Below are positions 30,123 through 39,358 of a stretch of 64,000 nucleotides of DNA, piece by piece. A program made the translations under genes and the position numbers. The stretch is from assembly GCA_964583285.1 (NCBI GenBank), contig CAZOVD010000001.1, positions 22,558 through 86,557 of the forward strand. The letters run 5' to 3'. This DNA comes from an uncultured archaeon. Lineage in GTDB: Archaea > Iainarchaeota > Iainarchaeia > Iainarchaeales > JAAZKV01. Every line of letters starts with the position of its first letter. Position 1 is the stretch's first letter. The notes beneath the pieces are model-generated. The model worked only from the letters and a program-made list of their open reading frames with translations, was not told the origin of the DNA and searched no databases.

Positions 30123-30393
30123 CAAAATAACTGTACATTTTGTCACACCCAAAATTAACTATAATATAATAATTAACTTGAAAGAATATAATTAGGAGTG
30201 ATATATTATGAAAAAATACGATGTTGATATAGATTTGATTATTGAATTAAACAATCTTGATAACGAAGATTTTCTTGATATGTCAATTTTCAGCTAATTT
30301 TCATATAAAAAAACTAACAAATAACTAATAACCTGCAAAATGGTGGGTTTAAAATAATTGTTGATATTTGATTTAATTATAGGGGAAGATTAT

Positions 30394-31671
30394 ATGCTTG
30401 AAGCAAGAAAATTAAGAGAAAATTTTGATGTTATAAAAAAGAATCTAAAAAAAAGAAAGGATAAAAATATAATTTTAAGACTTGATGAATGGAAAGAAAA
30501 AGACACTATTTGGAAAAATCTAAAAAACGAGATTGAACAACTAAAAAAAGAAAGAAATGAAATTACAGAAAAAATTAAAATTGCAAAAGCAAAAGGAAAT
30601 GATACAAAAGAACTTTTAAAAAAGGCAAAAAATATTCCTCAAAAAATTAAAGAAAATGAACCAAAATTAAAAGAACTTGAAGATGAACTTAAAGTAATAC
30701 AAATGCGTCTGCCAAATATTATGCACGAAAGCGTTCCATATGGAGAAAGTGACCTTAATAATGTTGAAATTAAAAAATGGGGAAAAACAGAACATAGGCC
30801 AAATATAAAACACCACGCACAACTTGCTACTTCACTTGGAATTGCTGATTTTGAACGAGCAGTAAAAATAAGTGGAAGTGGATTTTTTTATTTAAAGGGA
30901 GATCTTGCAATGCTTGATTTGGCTTTACAAAAACTTGCACTTGATATGTTAATAGAAAAAGGCTTTACACCAGTTCAAGTACCACACATGATGACAACAA
31001 AAGCATATAGTGGAGTAACTGATCTTGCTGAATTTGATACTGTTCAATATAAAATTGAAGGCGATGACCTAAGAATGATTTCAACAAGTGAACATCCTCT
31101 TGCAGCAATGTACATGGACGAAATACTTACTGAAGAACAACTAAAAAATCCAATAAAATATGCAGGAATGAGTGCTTGCTTTCGACGCGAAATAGGAAAA
31201 CACGGACTTGATGAAAGAGGACTTTTTAGAGTACATCAATTTAACAAAATAGAACAAGTTGTTATTTGTAAACCAGAAGATTCTTGGAAAATACACGAAG
31301 AAATGAGTAAAAATCAGCAAGAACTAATGGAAAAACTAGAAATACCATATAGAATTGTTAATGTTTGTACAGGAGATCTTGGAATTGTTGCCGCAAAAAA
31401 ATATGACCTTGAAGCATGGAGTCCACGAGAAGGAAAATACATAGAACTTGGAAGTTGCAGTAATTGTACTGCTTATCAATCAGTTAGACTTAACATAAAA
31501 TATAGAAAAGCAGACGGAGAAAAAGAATTTGTTCACACATTAAATAATACTATGATTCCAACTTCAAGAACACTTAGAATCATACTAGAACAATATCAAA
31601 ATGATGATTCAACACTTACAATACCTCGCGCACTTGTGCCATATATGAATGGGAAAACAAAAATCAAATAA
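30394..31671 (+). CDS. serS: Seryl-tRNA synthetase
   Basis: Coiled-coil N-terminal tRNA-binding arm; class-II motifs 2 and 3 (FRRE, GSCSNCTAYQS region). Start at MLEARKL (30394) after a GGGGAAG RBS-like element; the ORF-track 30358 start adds an unlikely leader. Confidence 0.9.
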   Translation: MLEARKLRENFDVIKKNLKKRKDKNIILRLDEWKEKDTIWKNLKNEIEQLKKERNEITEKIKIAKAKGNDTKELLKKAKNIPQKIKENEPKLKELEDELKVIQMRLPNIMHESVPYGESDLNNVEIKKWGKTEHRPNIKHHAQLATSLGIADFERAVKISGSGFFYLKGDLAMLDLALQKLALDMLIEKGFTPVQVPHMMTTKAYSGVTDLAEFDTVQYKIEGDDLRMISTSEHPLAAMYMDEILTEEQLKNPIKYAGMSACFRREIGKHGLDERGLFRVHQFNKIEQVVICKPEDSWKIHEEMSKNQQELMEKLEIPYRIVNVCTGDLGIVAAKKYDLEAWSPREGKYIELGSCSNCTAYQSVRLNIKYRKADGEKEFVHTLNNTMIPTSRTLRIILEQYQNDDSTLTIPRALVPYMNGKTKIK

Positions 31672-31674
31672 TTA

Positions 31675-32244
31675 TTATTCAACTCTTAATTGATCTCTTA
31701 CAATTTTACTGTTAAAGTCACATTCGGTTTTTGGTTTTATTATAAATTTACACTTCTCATTACCCATTGCTTTACATTCACTTTCAACGCATTCAACATC
31801 TTCATTAAAAACATCGCTAAACAAAGATGCAAGAACTGCTTTAATTATAATATCAACTTCAAAATCAACTTTTGTTTTTAATGTATTTACAAATGGTGAA
31901 TTTTCAAGAACAACAATTGATTTTTTACCCTCAAAATCCAAATCAATAAAATTAATATTTCCCCAACCAGATGCAATAAAAAAAGTTTTAACAAAATCAA
32001 TTTGTTTTTTACCATCAATTCTTAACTCATCAAATTTTGGCATAAAATATTTCATAGAACTTTCTTTCACCCCATAATAAATATCTTTTCTTTGCTCAAC
32101 ATTACTTTTACTAATAAAGTCAATTAAAATATCTGTTGGGAAAATTACAAAAGGAATATTTACAAGTAAAAAATTATTTTGTTGATACTTAAGAGTATTT
32201 GTAAAAATGTATTTATCAAAAAACTGATTAAGCATTTTTCTCAA
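31675..32244 (-). CDS. V4R (4-vinyl reductase)-like small-molecule-binding domain protein
   Basis: 189 aa; C-terminal VECVESECKAMGNEKCKFIIKP matches the V4R Cys/Gly signature (ExxC...G...CxF). Confidence 0.5.
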   Translation of the reverse strand: MRKMLNQFFDKYIFTNTLKYQQNNFLLVNIPFVIFPTDILIDFISKSNVEQRKDIYYGVKESSMKYFMPKFDELRIDGKKQIDFVKTFFIASGWGNINFIDLDFEGKKSIVVLENSPFVNTLKTKVDFEVDIIIKAVLASLFSDVFNEDVECVESECKAMGNEKCKFIIKPKTECDFNSKIVRDQLRVE

Positions 32245-32599
32245 CCCCCATTTTTTTCTTTTCTTTTAAATAATTTAAAAAATCAAGCGAATGGTCAAAA
32301 TTTTCTCCTTTTAAAATCTCATGAACTACTCTATATTTTTCTACAAGAACTGGCCAAACAATTAAAGTATTCCCTGCTTTTTTTGAAATTAAAAGACCTT
32401 TATTTATTATTTTTTTTAAATAATAATTGTATTTTGAATTCATTCTTTTTTTATCTTCTAAAGTATTTATCTTTTCATTAAAATGACCTGCAATTTCAAG
32501 AGCTGTTGACGGCCAAAATTCTAAAACAAAATCATAAATTTCTCTTTCAAATTCATCCAAACTAGAAATTTCTGCAAATACAGAATTTTTATCAAACAT
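32228..32599 (-). CDS. Winged-helix transcriptional regulator-like protein
   Basis: 123 aa; central STALEIAGHFNEKINTLEDK...LISKKAGNTLIVWP resembles an HTH plus wing; overlaps the downstream V4R gene by 17 nt (possible operon). Confidence 0.4.
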   Translation of the reverse strand: MFDKNSVFAEISSLDEFEREIYDFVLEFWPSTALEIAGHFNEKINTLEDKKRMNSKYNYYLKKIINKGLLISKKAGNTLIVWPVLVEKYRVVHEILKGENFDHSLDFLNYLKEKKKMGVEKNA

Positions 32600-32640
32600 G
32601 TTGTTAAAATAACATAAAATGACTATTTAATACTTACTTT

Positions 32641-32868
32641 TTCTGTGTGTACAGAAATAAAAGCTCTATTGAGTACCAAACAAGTATAAAAATAATAATC
32701 ACTTATCGCCCAAGTGAGAGGGCGAAACACACAATAACTAGGACATTTTAAAATAAAATAATGCTTTATCAAGTTTCAAAGACACGAAGATAATGCTTCG
32801 TACCCACCAGGCGAAACTGGTGTGTCCGAGAAACAGTGTGTTTTTATATGAGTAATAACAATATTATT
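32641..32868. ncRNA. Candidate structured non-coding RNA (identity unresolved)
   Basis: About 230-nt ORF-free island, GC-enriched relative to flanks. Three perfect hairpins: CGCCC-aagtgaga-GGGCG (32688-32705), ACGAAG-ataatg-CTTCGT (32793-32810), CACCAG-GCGAAA-CTGGTG (32815-32832). Flanked by CTGTGTGTACAG and CAGTGTG elements. Strand and class cannot be decided by eye. Confidence 0.35.
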
Positions 32869-32876
32869 TAGATATT

Positions 32877-33284
32877 ATGAAATGTGCAATTGATGAGAAT
32901 ACAAGTATTTCAAAAATACCAAAAGATATTAATGAAGTTCATTTAATTAGACCAATAAAAAAAGAAAAATTAAATGAATTGCTTGCAACAAGACAAATAA
33001 ACAAAATAACTATGTCAGAGTCTTGTTATAAAAGAATTCCAAAAAAATCAATAAATAATTTAAAAGAAAAAGGAATACAAATACTAAGTGAAAAAAGAAG
33101 AGGCAGACCCCTTAATGTTAGTATGGATAAAATGCTTGAGATTATAGAACTAAGAAAAGATTATCAAAGCATAAGAGAAATAGAAAAAATAACTGCAATT
33201 CCAAAATCAACAATACATTATTTATTAAAATATGCTGATAGAGGAAAAATAAAAAAAGGTTCAACTGTAATTTATTTAAAATAA
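32877..33284 (+). CDS. Solo HTH protein resembling the N-terminal DNA-binding domain of IS630/Tc1-type transposases; no DDE domain
   Basis: 135 aa; RRGRPLNVSMDKMLEIIELRKDYQSIREIEKITAIPKSTIHYLLK is a GRP-motif plus HTH arrangement as in transposase N-termini. Confidence 0.4.
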   Translation: MKCAIDENTSISKIPKDINEVHLIRPIKKEKLNELLATRQINKITMSESCYKRIPKKSINNLKEKGIQILSEKRRGRPLNVSMDKMLEIIELRKDYQSIREIEKITAIPKSTIHYLLKYADRGKIKKGSTVIYLK

Positions 33285-33292
33285 AAAAAATA

Positions 33293-34282
33293 TTATTTTT
33301 TATAAGAAAGTAATTTTTTTTCAATTATTTTTAAAATTTCTTCAACTAGTGTTTTTTCACTTATTTTTCCTTTCCATTGCGCAGCACCAGAATGGCCTCC
33401 TATTTCTCCACCAATAACATTTTCTAGAGGAATTAAAACATCTTTCATTAAATTAAAATTATTTTTTTCTTTAAAACTAGTTTCTGCTCTAAGTGACATT
33501 TTAATAATATTATCTTTTTCAGTACCATAAATAAAAGAAATATGTGCACCAAATTCAAGTAGTTTTGTTGCAGCAGCACTTTGATAAAAATTTATTTTAC
33601 TATAAATAACTACAAAATGATTTATTTTTTTTATTTCTGCTCTGCTTGTTGCTTTTAAAAAAGCAATTTTTTCTCCTTCATTTATATGATGTTTTGCAAA
33701 TTCAAAAACTTCAGAATAACTTTTAGAAGATTTTTTTAAACACTTAGAAAATTTTTCAAACAATTCGCTTGAAGAAACTAAAAATCTACCCGTATCTTCA
33801 AGTATTCCTATAGCTGTATAAAAAAACATTTTTTTGTCAAAATCTTTATTAAAAAAATCATAAATTACTTCTGTCGTTGAAAAACTTTTTGGAGAAATAA
33901 AACCACTTTGGGTAATGCTTCTTTTTTCTATTACATGATGATCAAAAGCAACTACACTAAAATTATTCTGTTTTTTTAGTAGCCTAAAATCTTCTTCTAA
34001 AGAACCAAGTTGATCATAATCATTAAAATCAAATATAAAAATTTTATTAAATAACTTTAAGTTAGGATTTATAACAAAGCTTATTTTTTCTTTTGATGCG
34101 AAATTTGATGTTTGTTCATTTATGTGCGATGGAACGCCAATTATTGATTTTATATTGTTTTTCTTAAGATATTTTTGAAAAATAGCTGCTGAACAAAAAG
34201 TATCAAGGTCAGCATTTTCATGAGTTAAAAGGAGTATACTACCCCCTTTAAAAGAACTCAAATTAAATTTTGTTTTTTTCAT
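33293..34282 (-). CDS. DHH/DHHA1 phosphoesterase (NrnA-like nanoRNase / pAp phosphatase family)
   Basis: 329 aa; motif I HENADLD, motif III DHH (AFDHHV), DHHA1 GGGH-type motif GGHSGAAQ. Confidence 0.75.
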   Translation of the reverse strand: MKKTKFNLSSFKGGSILLLTHENADLDTFCSAAIFQKYLKKNNIKSIIGVPSHINEQTSNFASKEKISFVINPNLKLFNKIFIFDFNDYDQLGSLEEDFRLLKKQNNFSVVAFDHHVIEKRSITQSGFISPKSFSTTEVIYDFFNKDFDKKMFFYTAIGILEDTGRFLVSSSELFEKFSKCLKKSSKSYSEVFEFAKHHINEGEKIAFLKATSRAEIKKINHFVVIYSKINFYQSAAATKLLEFGAHISFIYGTEKDNIIKMSLRAETSFKEKNNFNLMKDVLIPLENVIGGEIGGHSGAAQWKGKISEKTLVEEILKIIEKKLLSYKK

Positions 34283-34314
34283 TAACTAAAGTATACTGTT
34301 ATAATATTTAACAT

Positions 34315-34671
34315 TTACTTTCTTGACTTTTTCTCATCTTCTTTTTTTTCACTACCTTCAACTTTTGCTTTAATTGAATTTAGTTTATTTATTAAAGTTT
34401 CTTCTTGTTTTGCAAGTGTTTTGTTTCTAAGTTCAAAAGATTCTTGTTGCTCAATAAGTTCTGCTTTCATTTCACTTACTGATTTACTAACTAAAATATT
34501 ACCAATTATCTTCATAACTGATTTTTCTTTAGTTGCATTAAGTTCTTCAATAGAAGCTTTTATTATTTCTATTTGCATAGAGATTTGTTGTTTTTGAGAA
34601 GATACTCCTTGAAGCATTTGTCTGTTTCTTTCAAAATCCATTAACAGTTCCCTTTTTTCATTATCATCCAT
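34315..34671 (-). CDS. pfdB: Prefoldin beta subunit
   Basis: 118 aa; two coiled-coil arms flanking a central beta-hairpin region, typical size and heptad pattern. Confidence 0.7.
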   Translation of the reverse strand: MDDNEKRELLMDFERNRQMLQGVSSQKQQISMQIEIIKASIEELNATKEKSVMKIIGNILVSKSVSEMKAELIEQQESFELRNKTLAKQEETLINKLNSIKAKVEGSEKKEDEKKSRK

Positions 34672-34698
34672 ATTAATTCCCCCAAAAAAATTTACAAA

Positions 34699-34932
34699 TT
34701 AACTAATTTCATTTAAATTTTTAAATAAAATCAATGGCTTTGTTATATTATTTAACGAAGCTCTTGCTGCTGATTTATCAGAAGCATTTATTTTAACTTC
34801 CATCAAATTTTTCTTAATAATAATTTTAGTTGAACTCTTTTTAAAATCTGTTAGTTCTGGTTTTATTGATTTAAAAAAATTTTTTGCATCCATTTCAGTA
34901 TCAAAAATAATTTTTAAATCTAAAACAAACAT
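34699..34932 (-). CDS. KEOPS complex subunit Pcc1-like
   Basis: About 78 aa from ATG 34932 (the track start at 34941 is TTG). INASDKSAARASLNNITKPLIL matches the Pcc1 C-terminal helix (A-D...LRAS..N). Confidence 0.55.
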   Translation of the reverse strand: MFVLDLKIIFDTEMDAKNFFKSIKPELTDFKKSSTKIIIKKNLMEVKINASDKSAARASLNNITKPLILFKNLNEIS

Positions 34933-34933
34933 T

Positions 34934-35068
34934 TTATTCAACTTTTACAGTTTTTGCAATAGGGTCTCTTTTTTTATAAAAAATCCTATAACCACATTTA
35001 GGACATCTAACAAGACCGTCTTCAACAGAATTTACTATTGTACTGCAGTTTCCACAAACATAACTCAT
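34934..35068 (-). CDS. rpoP: DNA-directed RNA polymerase subunit P (Rpb12/RpoP)
   Basis: Not in the ORF track (44 aa): MSYVCGNCSTIVNSVEDGLVRCPKCGYRIFYKKRDPIAKTVKVE. CxxC...CxxCG.RI zinc ribbon; canonical position between L37Ae and Pcc1. Confidence 0.75.
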   Translation of the reverse strand: MSYVCGNCSTIVNSVEDGLVRCPKCGYRIFYKKRDPIAKTVKVE

Positions 35069-35073
35069 TAGTA

Positions 35074-35427
35074 TCACTTCCCCTCAACTGATTTTGTTAC
35101 TTCATCTTCAATATCAGAATAAGATGATCTTTCTTGTAGTTCAATAAGTTTTGATTCTTCAGCAGCAAAAGATTTTTGAGAAACCATTTTCTTAATTGTT
35201 TTCCCAACTAAAGTTTCTGTTTGATAAGCTCCGCCAGTAAATTTTGCATCACATTTTTTACAAGTATAAAGTCCTGCAGCAAGTCTTTTTATTTTATCAA
35301 AACCACAAAATGGACAAACTGCCAAATTGTTTTGTTTTTCTTCTACTTTAACTATTCTTTTTTTTATTCCTACACCATATCTAGAACCAAATCTACCACT
35401 AGTGTGTACTTTTTTTGTGTTTCCCAT
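35074..35427 (-). CDS. rpl37ae: Ribosomal protein L37Ae (eL43) with acidic C-terminal extension
   Basis: SGRFGSRYGVGIKKRI...CPFCGFDKIKRLAAGLYTCKKCDAKFTGGAYQ (C4 zinc ribbon of eL43). About 25 extra C-terminal residues. Confidence 0.85.
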   Translation of the reverse strand: MGNTKKVHTSGRFGSRYGVGIKKRIVKVEEKQNNLAVCPFCGFDKIKRLAAGLYTCKKCDAKFTGGAYQTETLVGKTIKKMVSQKSFAAEESKLIELQERSSYSDIEDEVTKSVEGK

Positions 35428-35542
35428 TTTTTACTCACCTTTTTTAGCTGCTTATTAAGTTGTATATTAAAATTTTTAATTAGGAAAGTTTTAAAAACAA
35501 AGGTTTTTCACTTTGGTTTTAAAAAATTCAAAAAAGGCTATT

Positions 35543-36334
35543 TTAAGCCTTTTTTACAATTTCACGAACATTATCTCCTATTTTAAATGCAGTATCAATC
35601 ATATAATTGATTTCTTGAAGAGAAAAGCTTCCACCTACTCCTTTTTGCATCGCTACTATTTTTCCGTCTTCTGTAGTTGCCAGTGAATATCTAGCTTCTG
35701 CAGCTTTTTCTTCTAAATAAGTTGGATCAACTAATATTTTTCCGCCAACTTTAACAAAAGTAGTTAATATTGGTATTTGACTCATTTTTATTTTACCAGA
35801 ATATTCTCCTTTTATTATTCTATTTTCAGAATCAAGTTTTGGAATTCTTGAATTTAAAAATCCAACAAGGCATGCAATACATCCTGCGTCAAATAAATTT
35901 CCATCACTATTTAGTGCATAAAAATCCATAAAGCCAGTCCAAACTGCTTCTCCTTCTTTTATACAAAGTTGTTTAAAATCAATTGATTTACTTTCTCTAA
36001 TTGATCTATCAACAACTCTTGCAATTTCAACTTCATTGTCACTTGGTCTGCCTGATTCATATTCAGGGTGTGCTAATGGAAGTGTTTCTGCACCTATTGC
36101 AAGTGATCCTTCATCTAAACTATCTGGATAAGGTGTTCCAACTGCCATTTTAAGTCCTGCAATTATTTTTGTACTACCAAGAGTAACAATTGCAGATCCT
36201 TCTGAATTTTGTGCAACATCTTTTTGTATAGTTATTTCTCTTATTTGGTCAAATGCTCTGCCATCAATCCTTTTTCCAGAACGAGCAAGTTGTACTATAT
36301 TAAAAACTTCATTATCTAGTATTGTGTTTCTCAT
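35543..36334 (-). CDS. rrp42: Exosome complex component Rrp42 (RNase PH-like, non-catalytic)
   Basis: 263 aa; RIDGR motif, GSAIVTLGSTKIIAGL, RNase PH domains 1 and 2; 4-nt overlap with rrp41. Confidence 0.8.
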   Translation of the reverse strand: MRNTILDNEVFNIVQLARSGKRIDGRAFDQIREITIQKDVAQNSEGSAIVTLGSTKIIAGLKMAVGTPYPDSLDEGSLAIGAETLPLAHPEYESGRPSDNEVEIARVVDRSIRESKSIDFKQLCIKEGEAVWTGFMDFYALNSDGNLFDAGCIACLVGFLNSRIPKLDSENRIIKGEYSGKIKMSQIPILTTFVKVGGKILVDPTYLEEKAAEARYSLATTEDGKIVAMQKGVGGSFSLQEINYMIDTAFKIGDNVREIVKKA

Positions 36335-37143
36335 TTTTTCACCTTCTTTTTGTCAGATTTTTTTTCACCTGATTTTTTTTCTTTTGTATTTTCACTTTCT
36401 ATTAAATCATTAACATTTACTTCTTCAAGAGAATATCTTTCAAGTAGTGCTTGTTTTTGAACTTCGTAAACTTTTTTACAACCTTCTATTCCAAGCTTTG
36501 CTACACTGTCCCATTCTTTTCTTGTAAGTGGGCCATCCATTTGAAGCAAAACTATTTCTTCTGAATTTGGAAGTATTGCAAGTGGAACATCAACTGCATC
36601 AGGAGCATCTTCTTCAAATTTATTTAAATCAAGAATTATCTCATTGTATGCTTTTCCTACTCCAGTAGCACTCACTAAATCTCTCATTGGAATTCCAGCA
36701 TCAGCTAGTGCAACACTTGCTGCACAAAGACATGCAACTCTTGAACCAGCATCTGAATCAGTTACTTCAACATAAACTCCAATTTCAGTATTTGGAAATT
36801 TTTCAACAAACACAGCACGAGATAATGCTTCACCAAGTACTTTTGAAATTTCTTGATCTCTTCTATTTGGACCAGGTCTTTTTCTATCAGGAACAGAAAA
36901 GGAAGTCATTCTATATTCTACTTTTACTACAGCTTTATTTGCATTTGCAGAATGTTTTGGCAAAGCTTCACGCGGCCCATAAACTGCAGCATAAACTTTA
37001 TTTTGGCCCCATTCAAGATAAGCACTTCCATCAGCATTTTCAAGAACTCCTGCCTTTATTTTTATTGGTCTTAACTCATCCATTTTTCTATTATCATATC
37101 GTTTTTTATCTACTTTATAGTCAACTACTTTTTCTTTAGTCAT
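36331..37143 (-). CDS. rrp41: Exosome complex exonuclease Rrp41 (catalytic RNase PH subunit), Lys-rich C-terminal tail
   Basis: 270 aa; ADGSAYLEWGQNKVYAAVYGPRE, DAGSRVACLCAASVALADAGIPMRDL closely match the Rrp41 active-site regions. Confidence 0.85.
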   Translation of the reverse strand: MTKEKVVDYKVDKKRYDNRKMDELRPIKIKAGVLENADGSAYLEWGQNKVYAAVYGPREALPKHSANANKAVVKVEYRMTSFSVPDRKRPGPNRRDQEISKVLGEALSRAVFVEKFPNTEIGVYVEVTDSDAGSRVACLCAASVALADAGIPMRDLVSATGVGKAYNEIILDLNKFEEDAPDAVDVPLAILPNSEEIVLLQMDGPLTRKEWDSVAKLGIEGCKKVYEVQKQALLERYSLEEVNVNDLIESENTKEKKSGEKKSDKKKVKK

Positions 37144-37760
37144 TTTTTACCACCACTTTTTTTAACATAAGCTTCAACAGCGTTTGTTAATTTACTTTTG
37201 TACGAATTTTCTTCAACAAATTTAACTATTTTTTTTAATTCATTTATATTTCCATTTTTTGCCCAAACTCTTCCATTTTTACCAACAAAAACTTCACAAC
37301 CAGAAGCTACTGTTAATAAATCAAGCATTGAACCATTTTTACCAATTAATCTTGGAGACCTTGCTGCATTTAATTCAATTATTTCCCCGTCAAAAACTCT
37401 TTTTGGGTATGAAAGTTCTGCTTCAGTTCCTTCTTTTAAATTACTAACTTTTGCAAAAATTATATCTCCTTCATTTAAGTCATCTCTTAATGCACTTCGT
37501 GGAATAAAACTTTCAGAGAAAGAATTTATATCAACCATATACCCTGCATGAATAACTCTTGTTATTACTCCAACAACACTATCTTCTATTCTTGGTTTAT
37601 ATTTTCCTTCAAGAGGAACAACTGTTGCTGTATCATTTTCACTATCATACACTCCAACTACGTTAGAATATATTTTTCCATCAGAAACAAAAATATTGTT
37701 TCCAAGTTTTTTTCTCTCACTGGATAATAATTCACCAGGAAGAACTATTTTTTTAACCAT
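37140..37760 (-). CDS. rrp4: Exosome complex RNA-binding subunit Rrp4 (S1 + KH)
   Basis: 206 aa; S1 domain (GDIIFAKVSNLKEG) followed by KH motif (LIGKNGSMLDLL...VGKNGRVW). Short N-terminal domain. Confidence 0.75.
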   Translation of the reverse strand: MVKKIVLPGELLSSERKKLGNNIFVSDGKIYSNVVGVYDSENDTATVVPLEGKYKPRIEDSVVGVITRVIHAGYMVDINSFSESFIPRSALRDDLNEGDIIFAKVSNLKEGTEAELSYPKRVFDGEIIELNAARSPRLIGKNGSMLDLLTVASGCEVFVGKNGRVWAKNGNINELKKIVKFVEENSYKSKLTNAVEAYVKKSGGKK

Positions 37761-37801
37761 TTTTTCACCTCAATAAAAATAAATTTTAAATATTTTTTTA
37801 G

Positions 37802-38500
37802 TTATAATTCTTTTAATATTAAATCTCCATGCGTAATAGAACTTAACTGCGAAATTAAGTCTTGCTTTAAACCAATTGGTAATTCAAATTCAGCTGCAAG
37901 AGAACCATCATTAAGCCATTGTTCTTTCTTAACTTCAAACCTATGTAAAATACCTGAACATTTTGCAGAATATTGCGGTGGAATTTTTACTGCAAATTTT
38001 ACTTTATCCATTGATATTGGAATTATTTTTCTAATTGCATTTATAATTATTTTAACTTGTTCTTCACTACTTTTAAATGCATCAATATTTATTTTTGCTT
38101 GTTCCATTGCATTTTCAATTCTTTTTGGAGGATGTGGAGTTTGTGTTTGTGGATTGATTGCATTTTTTGAAATAATAGAAATTATTTCAGCCCTTTTTCT
38201 TTCAATAAAATTTTTTCTTTGTACAGTAGTTAATTGAACATCTCCATCTTCAATTATTTTTTTTACAACATCATTAACACTTGTTGTAGAAAAAACTGTT
38301 TTTAATAATTCAGGACTTGCAACATCGCCTTTTTTTGAATCTTTAAATATTTTATCATCAGCTAAAAGTTCTTCAAAATTAACATTCTTCCCCTGTTTTA
38401 AATTCATTGCTAAATCTGGATCAACTAGTACTTCAAATCTATGCCCATTTTTTTCTATTCTTGCAATTACTGCATCGTCAATTTTTACCATTGTGATCAC
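37802..38500 (-). CDS. sdo1: Ribosome maturation protein Sdo1/SBDS
   Basis: 232 aa; N-terminal FYSH domain (ARIEKNGHRFEVLVDPD...), three-domain SBDS layout. Confidence 0.8.
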   Translation of the reverse strand: MITMVKIDDAVIARIEKNGHRFEVLVDPDLAMNLKQGKNVNFEELLADDKIFKDSKKGDVASPELLKTVFSTTSVNDVVKKIIEDGDVQLTTVQRKNFIERKRAEIISIISKNAINPQTQTPHPPKRIENAMEQAKINIDAFKSSEEQVKIIINAIRKIIPISMDKVKFAVKIPPQYSAKCSGILHRFEVKKEQWLNDGSLAAEFELPIGLKQDLISQLSSITHGDLILKEL

Positions 38501-38556
38501 GAATATTAAGTTAATCAGTATTATGTGCGACTGATTAAAATATTGTTAAATATAAA

Positions 38557-39270
38557 TTATTTTAAGAATTTTTTTACATCATCGTTTGATATAAATCTAA
38601 ATCCTTTATTATCAATTAATGCAAATTCAACTCTTTCAAGAGAAATTTTTTCTTTTTCAGGCAAACTTTTATCAAGAACTTTATATGCAAGTTGTATTGC
38701 TTTATCAATGCTCATAGATTCTTTGTATTCTTTTTCAAGTAAGTTAAGTGCAATATCTTTATTTCTTCCAACAGCAACCGCACTATATTCTGCAAGCGCA
38801 CCACTTGGTTCTGTTTGAAATAAACCTGGTCCTTTTTCATCAAATCCACCAATAATAAAAGCTACCCCAAATGGTCTTAATCCACCATATTGTGTGAATG
38901 CTTGTTTTGTTTCAGCTATTTCTTTAGCCATAACTTCAACCTGGATAGGTTCTGAATAAACCATTTTGTTATCTTGAGCTTGTCTTCTTGAGATTCTTAC
39001 AAGTCGTCTTGCATCTCCAACAAGTCCAGCAGAAACAACCCCTATATTTTCATCAACTTTAAATATTTTCTCAATTGATTCTGGTTTTATTAATTTAGAA
39101 GGAACACTTTTATCAGCAGCAAGTAAAACACCATCTTTGAAAACTATTCCAACACCAGTTGTGCCTTGATCAACTATTTTTGATGCATATTCAACTTGAT
39201 AAAGTCTTCCGTCAGGAGAAAACATAGTGCTTGCTTTATCATAAGCTGGAGCTTTTGATTGCATTGGATA
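38557..39270 (-). CDS. psmA: Proteasome alpha subunit
   Basis: YDKASTMFSPDGRLYQVEYA alpha-subunit signature. Start set at MYPMQ; the track start at 39318 adds 16 residues. Confidence 0.9.
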   Translation of the reverse strand, partial: YPMQSKAPAYDKASTMFSPDGRLYQVEYASKIVDQGTTGVGIVFKDGVLLAADKSVPSKLIKPESIEKIFKVDENIGVVSAGLVGDARRLVRISRRQAQDNKMVYSEPIQVEVMAKEIAETKQAFTQYGGLRPFGVAFIIGGFDEKGPGLFQTEPSGALAEYSAVAVGRNKDIALNLLEKEYKESMSIDKAIQLAYKVLDKSLPEKEKISLERVEFALIDNKGFRFISNDDVKKFLK

Positions 39271-39358
39271 CATAAAAAATAACCTCTTTAAAAAATAACT
39301 TATAACAATATTATTCAACTATAAACGATTTATAAATGTTGCCAAAATGGGAAAATAA

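Noticed and set aside
32641-32868. Assignment of the structured island specifically to SRP RNA or RNase P RNA
   Set aside because: The apical CACCAG-GCGAAA-CTGGTG stem is a perfect helix rather than the asymmetric-loop helix-8 motif of SRP RNA. ACAGAAA near the 5-prime end resembles RNase P CR-V but is in the wrong position and lacks the P4 partner. The class is left open.
36687-37139. 150-aa and 73-aa plus-strand ORFs (36687-37139, 36853-37074)
   Set aside because: Antisense to rrp41; Q/H/L low-complexity translation.
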